This document shows, piece after piece, positions 49,309 to 58,612 of a stretch of 64,000 nt of DNA. The DNA comes from Vampirovibrionaceae bacterium NZW_1234. Its GTDB lineage: Bacteria > Cyanobacteriota > Vampirovibrionia > Vampirovibrionales > JAGQHJ01. The notes under the pieces were generated by a model. The model did not search any database. It saw nothing but the letters and a program-made list of their open reading frames with translations, and was not told the DNA's origin. Both the position numbers and the translations under genes were made by a program. Position 1 is the first letter of the stretch. Every line of letters begins with the position of its first letter. The stretch lies in NCBI GenBank assembly GCA_041697335.1, contig JBGUGD010000038.1:32001-96000 (forward strand), read 5' to 3'.

Positions 49309-49713
49309 ATGAAACTCTCCTCCTCGCACCCCATGCGCTTTACCGGCGCGATCTTCAAAAGTACGCCCGGCCGTGAGGGCATTACTGTTAGCGGCAGCAC
49401 CTATAAACTTCTCAAACCCGGGCAGGTGGAATTCGACGGCAAACTCCTGGAGGAGGAATACCCGGATCTGGCAGCCCTGTCCAATGCTATGGTCTCGGAT
49501 ACGCCCCCCAGCATTCAGGAAAAACGCGTCACCCTGTTGCATGTGCTCCAAAAACTGGTCCACGATAAAAAAGTCACCTTGGACGCGACCGCTCACCAGG
49601 GTTTGGTGTCGCTCCTCGAAACCGGCCAGATATCCTCCTTCCAAAGCCCTCAGAACCAATGGGCCTGCGATCATTTTTTACCCCAACCCCAGCGCGGCCC
49701 GATTCGGAAATAA
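49309..49713 (+). CDS. Hypothetical protein with RFTG leader
   Basis: MKLSSSHPMRFTG start. Confidence 0.6.
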   Translation: MKLSSSHPMRFTGAIFKSTPGREGITVSGSTYKLLKPGQVEFDGKLLEEEYPDLAALSNAMVSDTPPSIQEKRVTLLHVLQKLVHDKKVTLDATAHQGLVSLLETGQISSFQSPQNQWACDHFLPQPQRGPIRK

Positions 49714-49762
49714 CCTCCGAAAGAGAAGGGAATCCTTCTGGCGCCTGTCGGATAAATCGGTC

Positions 49763-50713
49763 TTAACCGGCTTTTTGTACCTTAAACGAAGCCTTGGGTG
49801 AAACCAGGGCCAGCAGCGCCTGGGTATTGGCGGCAAACGAGTAATCCGCAAAGGCTGGCTCCACCAGCACGGCCTGTCGAATGGCGCTTAAGGACTGGCC
49901 CTCGGATACCAGCCGAACCATCAAATCCTGAAACGGGGTAATCGTGGGATTGGGGCCGGAAATGGTCAAGGCAGTCCCTGTGTAAACCCTGCCATTCTCC
50001 AGCTTCACGGCAAGCCCCGACCATGTTTTTCGGGAGGGATTGGGCAGATAAGATGCCCCGGCTGCCTGACGGGCCTGACGTGTCAGATACTGAGGGCGAA
50101 TCGGCTTAATCGCATGAGAGACGGCGATGGCAGGAGACTGAAACAGGTTTTGCTCAGGGGTCGCGTAGGAATATCCTACGGGGAAGAGCTGATCAATGGT
50201 CATGGTTACCATGGGCTGACCCGGGACCAGGATGTGAACGGGTAACGACCCATGCCCAGCCTCCCGCACAATCTGACGACACGGCCCACAGGGTTGCAGG
50301 GATTGAATCAGGCGTTGAATCCCCGTTTCCCCATGCTGTCGGGCTAAGGCCAGAACAAAGGGTTCCGCATGCAAGGTATCGGCAGGGGCGGCTCCTTTGA
50401 GTTCAATATTCGCGCCCAGGTAAGCCCTCCCACTGTTCCCAATGGCCACAATCCCGACACGTCGCCCGGTGACGGCAGGTTGCGAGATGGCCTGGGCTTT
50501 GGTCAGCAACTGAGCATAATAGGCCATGGATGCCGGATCATCGGGCACAAAGGGCAACGGCTTTTCAATGACCAGTGGACTGGACGTCTGTGTTGCCGCC
50601 TGGCTTCCCAGACGCAAAGACGTCACCCGAGACGGGCTCAGAAACCCTGGCTTGGTAGCGTGCTTCCCCGGGCAGATTGTGGCTACCCCACGCCCATACG
50701 ATACGGCCTGCAT
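49763..50713 (-). CDS. cdd: Cytidine deaminase, two-domain type, with N-terminal extension
   Basis: G.N.E, HAE and PCGPCRQ Zn motifs; second degenerate domain (ASY.P...SGLA.....G.VY.G). Confidence 0.8.
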   Translation of the reverse strand: MQAVSYGRGVATICPGKHATKPGFLSPSRVTSLRLGSQAATQTSSPLVIEKPLPFVPDDPASMAYYAQLLTKAQAISQPAVTGRRVGIVAIGNSGRAYLGANIELKGAAPADTLHAEPFVLALARQHGETGIQRLIQSLQPCGPCRQIVREAGHGSLPVHILVPGQPMVTMTIDQLFPVGYSYATPEQNLFQSPAIAVSHAIKPIRPQYLTRQARQAAGASYLPNPSRKTWSGLAVKLENGRVYTGTALTISGPNPTITPFQDLMVRLVSEGQSLSAIRQAVLVEPAFADYSFAANTQALLALVSPKASFKVQKAG

Positions 50714-50901
50714 GTCGGCTGGATTCCTTGTATTGTTGCGTTGCTTTGAAACGCCTTACGCATCCTATCTAAAATAAAACAACTTATCAAGATGCGAACC
50801 CACAAACCGGACACGGCGTTGTTTCCCTGGCCTAACTTTGTTAGCATGACCCCTCACAGGTCCTGGCTTTGAAATTCGCAGGACCTCTCAAGGAGCCCCC
50901 C

Positions 50902-52098
50902 ATGTCACCCACCACCACTCTGGACATTGACGCCCTCCGGGCCGACACGCCCGGTTGCTCGCATGTGATTCACCTCAACAACGCCGGAGCTGCACTCATC
51001 CCCAGTCCCGTCGCCAATGCCGTTATGGACTACCTGACCCAGGAAACCCGCATCGGCGGCTATGAAACCACAGCCGCTCGCCTGGATGAACTGGAAGATA
51101 CTTATCACGCCCTGGCCACCCTGATTAACGCCCGGCCCGATGAAATTGCCTTTATGGAGAATGCAACCCGAGCCTGGGATATGGCCTTTTACGGCATTCC
51201 ATTTTCTCCGGGGGACGTTATTTTGACGTCGGTATCCGAATATGCCAGCAATATGATCGCCTTTCTCCAGGTGGCCCAAAAAACGGGCGCCGTTGTCCAG
51301 GTCATCCCGAATGACGCGTTCGGCCAAACCTCGGTGAGCGCGCTGGCCGAGATGATTCATCCCCAGGTCAAGCTGATTGCCATCACCCACATCCCCACCA
51401 ATGGGGGCCTGGTGAACCCGGCTGCCGAAATCGGTGCTCTGGCCCGGGAGCACAATATTTTATACCTCCTGGATGCTTGCCAGTCCGTGGGGCAAATGCC
51501 CATTGATGTGGAGGCTATTGGATGTGACTTCCTTTCGGCTACCGGGCGCAAATACCTCCGAGGCCCTCGTGGCACCGGCTTCCTGTATGTGCGCCGAGAG
51601 CGCCTGAACGCCCTGGAACCTCCTCTGCTGGATTTGCATGCCGCCACCTGGGTGGCCCCGGATCGCTATGAGATGCGCCCCGATGCCCGTCGCTTTGAAA
51701 CCTGGGAGACCCACTACGCCGGAAAGCTCGGCCTGGGTGTTGCGGCTCGCTATGCTCTGAATCTGGGATTGCCTGCTATCTGGGATCGAATTCACATGCT
51801 GGCGTCCCGACTCCGGTCCTTGTTACACGATCTCGACAACGTGACTGTCCAGGATTTGGGACAGGTGCAATGCGGCATTGTCAGCTTTAGCGTTACCGGT
51901 ATGGCTCCCCGGGATCTGCAACAGGCCCTTCGACAGCAGAACATCAATATTTCTGTTTCACCCCGGGAATACACCCTCAACGATATGCGCCAGCGCGGGC
52001 TGGAAACGATCCTTCGGGCCTCCGTGCACTATTACAATACCGACGCCGAACTCCAGCAATTTGCAACGACTCTGGATCGCCTGCTGCATTCTCAATAA
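50902..52098 (+). CDS. Class V PLP-dependent aminotransferase / C-S lyase family
   Basis: HLNNAGA, DACQSVGQ, ATGRKYLRGPRGTGFL, RASVHYYN; aaggag RBS. Confidence 0.88.
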   Translation: MSPTTTLDIDALRADTPGCSHVIHLNNAGAALIPSPVANAVMDYLTQETRIGGYETTAARLDELEDTYHALATLINARPDEIAFMENATRAWDMAFYGIPFSPGDVILTSVSEYASNMIAFLQVAQKTGAVVQVIPNDAFGQTSVSALAEMIHPQVKLIAITHIPTNGGLVNPAAEIGALAREHNILYLLDACQSVGQMPIDVEAIGCDFLSATGRKYLRGPRGTGFLYVRRERLNALEPPLLDLHAATWVAPDRYEMRPDARRFETWETHYAGKLGLGVAARYALNLGLPAIWDRIHMLASRLRSLLHDLDNVTVQDLGQVQCGIVSFSVTGMAPRDLQQALRQQNINISVSPREYTLNDMRQRGLETILRASVHYYNTDAELQQFATTLDRLLHSQ

Positions 52099-52183
52099 CA
52101 GATGAAGTCTCCTCCAGCCCAGCCTTGTGAGTTCATGCCTACTATGCTACTGTAATCACCACACAAAGCACGTGAACAGGGGA

Positions 52184-52810
52184 ATGAGCATGACCGTGGT
52201 ACCAACATTCTTGCGTTTCGGCATCACGTTTAAACCGGTCCATATTTCATCGGGCAAAGGGCAGTCCAAACAGACCTACCGCCCCAACCCTTCGGACATT
52301 GCCGTGGGTTTCAGCGCCCCACTGACCGAGGCCGATTTGGCTCCCCTGCTTTCCCCGCTCAAGGTCATTGTCAAAGAGGCCACCGCGTTCAATGCCGAAA
52401 AACAGTGGCTTACCGTCCAGTTGCCCAAGGGCAAAACAGCTTCTCAAACCGCATGGGATGGGCTGGTCGATTTGCTCCAAAAAGGCTCTCTGCGCTTTTT
52501 ATCGCCACTGTTGACCCAACCCGGTTACCCCGAGTCTCCACAAATTCCGATCAATGAAATCATCGTGAAGTTCAAGCGCCTGCCCGGTGCTAAAAAATTG
52601 GCCCAGTGGATGTCCGGTCATGGCCTGGAGCTGAAACAGGCGGGTTCGGAATCGGGACACCTGTTTTACAGCCCCGGAAAACCGTGGAATGAGGTCCTGG
52701 CTCTGGCCGATGCCATTGACAAGGAAAAAAACGTGGCCTACGCCACCCCCAATTTCCTCAGGATCACCCCGGCTCCGAAGCCCTCCCCAGTCCCCAATAA
52801 AACGGCTTAG
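52184..52810 (+). CDS. RFG-leader protein with subtilase-propeptide-like C-terminal domain
   Basis: FLRFG at the N-terminus; NEIIVKF...V.YATPNF resembles S8 prodomains; no catalytic domain follows. Confidence 0.55.
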   Translation: MSMTVVPTFLRFGITFKPVHISSGKGQSKQTYRPNPSDIAVGFSAPLTEADLAPLLSPLKVIVKEATAFNAEKQWLTVQLPKGKTASQTAWDGLVDLLQKGSLRFLSPLLTQPGYPESPQIPINEIIVKFKRLPGAKKLAQWMSGHGLELKQAGSESGHLFYSPGKPWNEVLALADAIDKEKNVAYATPNFLRITPAPKPSPVPNKTA

Positions 52811-52816
52811 ACACCC

Positions 52817-53218
52817 ATGACGTTTTACTGGCCTGCCTGCTTACTGACATGGCTCTGGGGCTTGTGGCATGGGCTCTGGCGCCAGAGCATCCTGACCCTG
52901 TTCTTATATGTCATCTTTGCCCTGATCCCCTTGATTATCGCCTCCACCGAGGCCATTCCCATCCGGCCGGAAACCATGGGCCTTCGCCTGTCATTGATAT
53001 ACGTGGGCCTGCTCTATCACCTGGTTGCTGCTGTAGTCTGGGGACGATACGGCTTTCGCTGGCTTGGTCCGGAGAGACTTTCCGCTCACCCTGTCTCCAT
53101 GCTCATCGGGATGACCTTTAATGCAGGCTATTGGGCTTTTTACCTTTTTTATCTTTACTTTCTCACGTATTTCACGATTCATTGCAGTCAACAGGCCAGC
53201 CAATGCCTAACGTATTAA
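52817..53218 (+). CDS. Small membrane protein (DUF2628-like N-terminus)
   Basis: F.WPA.L..WLW.LW..LW pattern; about 4 hydrophobic segments. Confidence 0.55.
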   Translation: MTFYWPACLLTWLWGLWHGLWRQSILTLFLYVIFALIPLIIASTEAIPIRPETMGLRLSLIYVGLLYHLVAAVVWGRYGFRWLGPERLSAHPVSMLIGMTFNAGYWAFYLFYLYFLTYFTIHCSQQASQCLTY

Positions 53219-53458
53219 CACCGAGATTCATTCTTATTGGAAATTAAAAACTCCATTCGCTTCTATTAATAACCCGTTAAAAACCAACACGACTCTCTCA
53301 TGTTTTCTCCCACCCTGTCTCCATTTTCTGTCGAAAAGGGCAGGTTTATTGACTCTAAAAATTTCATTAACGGGGGTTTAGTTATTTCGCATCCTGCCGA
53401 CACCCATGTTACCGGAAAAAAGAAGACAGAAGAGAGAACAAGAGAGGAACCGTTGAAG

Positions 53459-53689
53459 ATGCATGATTTGGCCGATTTTTTTCGTCACTCCGTCAAGGAA
53501 AACACCAAGCTTCAGTCCCGCAATCGGGAGCTGATGGAGACATTGGAATCCGTATTGACCTTTCTGATGCATGAAGAGAGAATGGCGGCAAATGCCATCC
53601 GGCATCAATATATTTTAAAAGTCCGTACTGTCCTGCAACCCAGCCAGCTTCAAGAGCCCACCCTGGCCCAAGGCGTGGCCACTCCCTAA
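53459..53689 (+). CDS. Small coiled-coil hypothetical protein
   Basis: gagga RBS; heptad-like ENTKLQSRNRELMETLE. Confidence 0.45.
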   Translation: MHDLADFFRHSVKENTKLQSRNRELMETLESVLTFLMHEERMAANAIRHQYILKVRTVLQPSQLQEPTLAQGVATP

Positions 53690-53721
53690 ACCCACTTGGG
53701 AAATTACGGCTCTAAAAATCG

Positions 53722-55161
53722 CTAAAAAGCCATCCCAGGTATCATCCCACCCGGGGGCATTCCCCCGTTCATCATGCTGGGATCCATGCCGCCGCTATTT
53801 CCATAGCCCGGATAAAGCTGAAGGTTATCCATAATGGATGGACGCTGACTGCGCAACCCGAGGAGTTCAGCCAACCCATTGGGTTGTGAAGGTCCGTAGC
53901 CCGGGTAGTTTTGCAAATTTTGAGCAATCGATGGCGGTTGCGGTGAAAGTCCCAGAATGCTTGCGGCACTAGGACCAAAGGAAGGTGCATACCCCGGATA
54001 AGCCATCAAGTTTTGAGCAATGGAAGGTTGTTGTGGCATCATGCCAAATCCGCCGGGAAAGCCTCCGAAGGATCCAAAACCACCCGGAAACCCACCCATC
54101 CCCCATGGTGATGCACCAAAGCCTGGAGCATAGCCAGGGATACCCCCCATTTGAGCCCCATTGGCATAGAGGAACTGATTGGCCAGGTTCAGGTTGTTAA
54201 ACATCGGATTGAAATTCAAATACTGTGGCCCCTGATACCCCGGTGTGGGAATAAATCCCGGCACCCCACCAATACGGGCACCGTTGTTGTACAAGAAATT
54301 ATTCCGGTTTTGCAATTGACCAAACATACCATTAAAATTCAAATACTGAGGCCCCTGATACCCCGGCGTGGGAATAAATCCCGGCATACCCCCAATACGG
54401 GCGCCGTTATTATAAAGGAAATTATTGCGGTTCTGCAGTTGCCCAAAAAGCCCATTAAAATTTAAATATTGCGGGTTCTGATAGCCCGGTGTGGGAATAA
54501 ATCCCGGAACGCCGCCAATACGAGCACCGTTGTTATAAAGAAAATTATTGCGGTTCTGCAATTGCCCAAAAAGCCCATTAAAATTTAAATATTGCGGGTT
54601 CTGATAGCCCGGTGTGGGAATAAACCCGGGGACACCCCCAATACGTGCTCCGTTGTTGTACAAGAAATTATTGCGGTTCTGCAATTGACCAAACATGTTA
54701 TTAAAATTTAAATACTGTGGCCCCTGATAGCCCGGTGTTTGAATAAACCCCGGAACACCGCCAATACGAGCACCATTGTTGTAAAGGAAATTATTGCGGT
54801 TTTGCAGTTGGCCAAAAAGCCCATTAAAGTTTAAATATTGCGGGTTTTGATAGCCCGGTGTTTGAATAAACCCCGGAACGCCGCCAATGCGTGCACCGTT
54901 GTTATAGAGGAAATTATTGCGGTTCTGAAGCTGACCGAACTGCCCATTAAAATTCAAATACTGTGGCCTCTGATATCCCGGCGTTGGTATAAATCCAGGG
55001 ATGCCCCCGATGCGGGCGCCACTGTTGTACAGGGAATTATTCCGGTTCTGAAGCTGACCGAAAAGCCCGTTGAAGTTCAGGTAGCTCGGGCCGGACGCGC
55101 CTGCCCAAGGCTGAAATTGAAATCGATTTGGTTGTCCACGCAGTGTTGCCCAATGTGCCAT
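53722..55161 (-). CDS. Tandem-repeat N/G/Q/F/Y/P-rich protein
   Basis: Seven 41-aa repeats plus a degenerate eighth; much of the nucleotide variation between copies is synonymous. Confidence 0.85.
   Translation of the reverse strand: MAHWATLRGQPNRFQFQPWAGASGPSYLNFNGLFGQLQNRNNSLYNSGARIGGIPGFIPTPGYQRPQYLNFNGQFGQLQNRNNFLYNNGARIGGVPGFIQTPGYQNPQYLNFNGLFGQLQNRNNFLYNNGARIGGVPGFIQTPGYQGPQYLNFNNMFGQLQNRNNFLYNNGARIGGVPGFIPTPGYQNPQYLNFNGLFGQLQNRNNFLYNNGARIGGVPGFIPTPGYQNPQYLNFNGLFGQLQNRNNFLYNNGARIGGMPGFIPTPGYQGPQYLNFNGMFGQLQNRNNFLYNNGARIGGVPGFIPTPGYQGPQYLNFNPMFNNLNLANQFLYANGAQMGGIPGYAPGFGASPWGMGGFPGGFGSFGGFPGGFGMMPQQPSIAQNLMAYPGYAPSFGPSAASILGLSPQPPSIAQNLQNYPGYGPSQPNGLAELLGLRSQRPSIMDNLQLYPGYGNSGGMDPSMMNGGMPPGGMIPGMAF
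54223..55083 (-). repeat. 7 x 123-bp coding tandem repeat
   Basis: Consensus YLNFNGLFGQLQNRNNFLYNNGARIGGVPGFIPTPGYQxPQ. Confidence 0.95.
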
Positions 55162-55480
55162 GTGATCTCGCCCCAATCCATCTTGTCCAACTATCTAACG
55201 TTATTGCGTCCCAGGTTATATTCCGAAATGTCTGTCCAATTTTATCGGTGTCTGTAACTGTATAAAAACAACGAATCTTAAGTTTTTGTTAATAAACTTT
55301 TTATCGTCCCCGGATATCCTCCGTCCCGCATTCTTCATTGATTGGTCTAAAGCCGCGCAGGAACAGGTTCGTCAGGCATTTAGATTCTTTTAATTAAAAA
55401 TCAATCAATTCAGGCTCACCCCATGTTTTTATTCTGGTAGATCGTATGTGTTGTCGACCATTGAGAGGAAGGAAGCAGAG

Positions 55481-55732
55481 ATGTCAGTCCAGTTCCCTAA
55501 TCGCGCTGCGACATCGGGTCCGCGTCAGCGACAGAGTATTTTCCAAAAACAACGAGCCATTGCCGACCGGCTGAGAGATCTCCTGTTGCAACAGCAACAA
55601 CGCTCGGCCCAAGCGCAATTTACCCCCCAGCCCCTGAACCTCAATTTTAACGGGGCCAATTCCGGTCAACAAAACCAAATGTCCTTCAATGCCCCCACCC
55701 CTTTCGGGGGCGGAAACCAATGGATTGGTTAA
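55481..55732 (+). CDS. Small Q/N/F-rich protein
   Basis: ggaagg RBS, terminator downstream; LNFNG motif shared with the divergent repeat protein. Confidence 0.65.
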   Translation: MSVQFPNRAATSGPRQRQSIFQKQRAIADRLRDLLLQQQQRSAQAQFTPQPLNLNFNGANSGQQNQMSFNAPTPFGGGNQWIG

Positions 55733-55759
55733 GTCTCACCGTGTTCTAAACCTCCATCC

Positions 55760-55796
55760 AAAACATCCCCAACGTGGCGCGCTGGGGATGTTTTTG
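55760..55796 (+). terminator. Intrinsic terminator
   Basis: aaaacatcccca/tggggatgtttt inverted repeat ending in a T tract. Confidence 0.75.
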
Positions 55797-55842
55797 TTAT
55801 GGTCTTGCCGTAATAAAACACAACACAGGACACGCCCTGCCG

Positions 55843-56043
55843 ATGTTTAGCTTAAGCCCAACCGATATCCTGGTCCTGGTCGGCTCCAGCATTCTGATGA
55901 GCCTGTACATCGCCATCGAAGTTCTCAGCAGCATTAAGAATCCCAAGCTCTCCGACGAAGAACGGCGCAACCGCATTTTTCGGGTCGGCATCATCGAAGC
56001 ACTTGCCATGGGGCTTTTGGTGGCCTTTATCCTCATTTTTTAA
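55843..56043 (+). CDS. Small two-TM membrane protein
   Basis: Two hydrophobic segments separated by a charged loop. Confidence 0.5.
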   Translation: MFSLSPTDILVLVGSSILMSLYIAIEVLSSIKNPKLSDEERRNRIFRVGIIEALAMGLLVAFILIF

Positions 56044-56188
56044 GCCATCGTCATTGTTCATCCACCCCTATTAAAACCGCCCTGTTTATGACACCATAAG
56101 ACCATCGTCGCATGGCAGGGGTGTGTCTCTGCATGGCTGCCCTCAACTGCGACACCTGTTTTGGGAGCGTCGTTAGGAGCTTACTGCC

Positions 56189-57298
56189 ATGATCCACCAG
56201 ATTCAATTCGGCCTAAAAACAGCGGGCCGCAAAGATCTTACCCCTGCTGTCACTCGGCAAACCCCGCGCTTTGCATCAAGTGCAGCCTCAGAGCCCACCA
56301 ACCCGGAAGGCGATAACAGTTCCCCGGGAGTGATTCTGGATCTCTCCGGCCAGGCCAAAGACGTGTTCCCAAGCGTGTCCGTGTCCTGGGAAAAGGAACG
56401 CGAGTTGCTGCCGCAAATCAAGGCCGGTGCCGAAGCCGATTTTAAAGCATTACTGGCCGGGAGCTCCACAACAGTCCCCATGGACGTGACCAGCAAGATG
56501 GGGGTGGGCCGTCATTATCGCCCACAAATTACGGTTACAGTGGACGAGGATAAAATCCAAGATGCCTACACCGTGCTGCGGAGTCTCCCTGGGGTTGCCC
56601 CGCTTTACACGCATCCCGATATCAGCACGCTTGGTCCCAATAAAAACAACACCCGTCGCTTCCTCTGGCAATACAAAGCCCTTCCCGAAATTCTGGTCGG
56701 CCAGGTTTGGCAGACCAAAACCCCGACCGGGGCCTGGACCAACCCCCGGGAGATGTCAGCTGTGGAACTCAAAGCAAACTCCCCAAACTACCCCATCATG
56801 GTCCACCTCAAAGATAAAAACGACGACCAAAAACGGGTCACGGCCTTTAACGAACTGGCGGCTCTCATCAGCAATGCCAAGACAAAGGTCAAAGGCGCTC
56901 AGAATATTACGCTCACCCCAACCCTGGTGGAAGGAAACAGCGGCGAGCAAGAGGTCTTCATCTACACTTCGGCCAAAGAGGCCAAATTGGCCAACAAAGT
57001 CCTTAATCTTGGATTGCCCGGATACCGTGAGCGCCATGTGATCTCTCGTCTGGGCTGGTTCTCCAAACCCCGATGGCTGTTCAACCTTCAGCGCAAGCTT
57101 CAGCCCAACACACCTGTCAGCGGCGTTATTGACATCCGGATACCGTCACTGCTCATGAGAAATAGCTCGACCCTCCGGGAATGGATGGACCGGCGAAACG
57201 GCATTAATCACGTTTTAGACTATACGTCGAAGAAGGTGCCCGGCTATACGCTACGCGTCAACATTCGGGACCAGGGCCTTCAGCTTCTGGGCGGCTAG
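56189..57298 (+). CDS. Hypothetical protein with IQFG / PRFAS leader
   Basis: aggag RBS; 369-aa ORF with low-complexity N-terminus. Confidence 0.75.
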   Translation: MIHQIQFGLKTAGRKDLTPAVTRQTPRFASSAASEPTNPEGDNSSPGVILDLSGQAKDVFPSVSVSWEKERELLPQIKAGAEADFKALLAGSSTTVPMDVTSKMGVGRHYRPQITVTVDEDKIQDAYTVLRSLPGVAPLYTHPDISTLGPNKNNTRRFLWQYKALPEILVGQVWQTKTPTGAWTNPREMSAVELKANSPNYPIMVHLKDKNDDQKRVTAFNELAALISNAKTKVKGAQNITLTPTLVEGNSGEQEVFIYTSAKEAKLANKVLNLGLPGYRERHVISRLGWFSKPRWLFNLQRKLQPNTPVSGVIDIRIPSLLMRNSSTLREWMDRRNGINHVLDYTSKKVPGYTLRVNIRDQGLQLLGG

Positions 57299-57318
57299 AA
57301 AACAGTCCCCCCTCGGCG

Positions 57319-57552
57319 TTACTTGTTATGCCCCCGATCCGTCAGTAAGCCCTCCCGGCGAGGATCCGCCCGAAAGTTAAAGTTCCCCGGACCGCACTCC
57401 GACGGCGAACGCTTGGTCGGGTCGATGCCATGCTGGTGCGGTGGCGGCTGGCTCACGGGTCCCGTCTGGGACTGTTGAAATTCCTGGTCTTCCGGGCCAA
57501 AGCGATGATGCTCGTGAGGATGGGCATCGTGGCCGTGTTTGCGTTTTCCCAT
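57319..57552 (-). CDS. Small hydrophilic His-rich hypothetical protein
   Basis: gaggag RBS; downstream of the CBS gene. Confidence 0.5.
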   Translation of the reverse strand: MGKRKHGHDAHPHEHHRFGPEDQEFQQSQTGPVSQPPPHQHGIDPTKRSPSECGPGNFNFRADPRREGLLTDRGHNK

Positions 57553-57590
57553 GGGTCTGACTCCTCTGGTTTATCACTGCTTTCTATGGG

Positions 57591-58004
57591 TTAGGACGGA
57601 CGGGTGGAACCGTGATAGGCCGTATGCTGTGGCACCCCCTGTTTCATGATGCGCTGTAAGTCGGTAGATGTAATAATCCCCACCAGCCGTCCATGCTCCA
57701 CCACGGGCAAGCAATGAATATGGCGCTCCTGAAAGAGGGCTCCCACCCGCTTCAAGTCCGTTGTAGGCTCAACCGTAATCACATCCCGGCTCATGACCTC
57801 TTCCACACGCTGTTGATCCGGGATTTCCTGAGCACCATCGCCCCCCAAATCCGTATCGGTAATAACGCCCAAAATAGCCCCCTGGTCACTGGTCACCACC
57901 AGATGATGGATCCGAAGGCGCCACATCAGATCATTGGCTTCCACCACGGTGGCTTTGGGGGAAATGGTTTTTGCCGGGGACGTCATGGCCTGAAACACAC
58001 GCAT
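57591..58004 (-). CDS. CBS-pair domain protein
   Basis: IHHLVV...GVITDTD and IHCLPVV..GRLVGIIT..DL. Confidence 0.88.
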   Translation of the reverse strand: MRVFQAMTSPAKTISPKATVVEANDLMWRLRIHHLVVTSDQGAILGVITDTDLGGDGAQEIPDQQRVEEVMSRDVITVEPTTDLKRVGALFQERHIHCLPVVEHGRLVGIITSTDLQRIMKQGVPQHTAYHGSTRPS

Positions 58005-58156
58005 AAGTTCTGCCTCCCGAGCCCACGCTCTATCAGACACGGCTAAAACGTGCTTGAGTCTTATCCTGCTAGATCACTTTAGCTTGTAACTGGGGCAATT
58101 TGTGCTGGTCGACCGGGCAGGTTGGTGCGTTCGAGCCTGCTTCGATGCAGAGGGTT

Positions 58157-58525
58157 TTATCCAAAAGTTTCCAGGCGTCTCTTGCGGGAATCCATAAAGG
58201 CTTTGGCGACATCCTGATAGGCTGTGGAAGGGAGCGCCGCCACTTGTAATTCGCGCTTTTTCGCCTCGAGCAGAGCGGCCAGGGCATTGCGATCTTTATG
58301 CTTGGTATTGGTGACCAGCAACACCTGACCGTCCACCAAATCCAGAGAGCTGACATTCTTGTCGTAGGCTTGGGGCTTTTTCCCGTCAAAAACCGGATCT
58401 TTCGTCAACCGACTCATGTAATCCAGATAACCGCTCAAGCCTCGCTGATCCAGGGCACGCTCAGCGGCCGCTGCACTGGTGGAACCCAAAACATAAACCT
58501 GACCGAATCGAGGGGTAACATTCAT
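58157..58525 (-). CDS. Hypothetical protein with RFG leader
   Basis: MNVTPRFGQVY start. Confidence 0.65.
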   Translation of the reverse strand: MNVTPRFGQVYVLGSTSAAAAERALDQRGLSGYLDYMSRLTKDPVFDGKKPQAYDKNVSSLDLVDGQVLLVTNTKHKDRNALAALLEAKKRELQVAALPSTAYQDVAKAFMDSRKRRLETFG

Positions 58526-58612
58526 TCCGATACTCAGCTCCGCACTTGTAGGATAGCTAGGCCAATAAAATCACTCCAGGAGAAAAATTGCGCCATCTTG
58601 CATCGATTGGGC

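Noticed and set aside
54223..55083. Regular repeats as a CRISPR array
   Set aside because: The 123-bp units are contiguous with no unique spacers, keep the reading frame and vary largely synonymously; no cas genes are in the window
55241..55310. Sigma28-like promoter (CCGATAA on the minus strand) upstream of the repeat gene
   Set aside because: No TAAA -35 element at the expected spacing, and no consistent equivalent upstream of the RFG-leader genes that I could see
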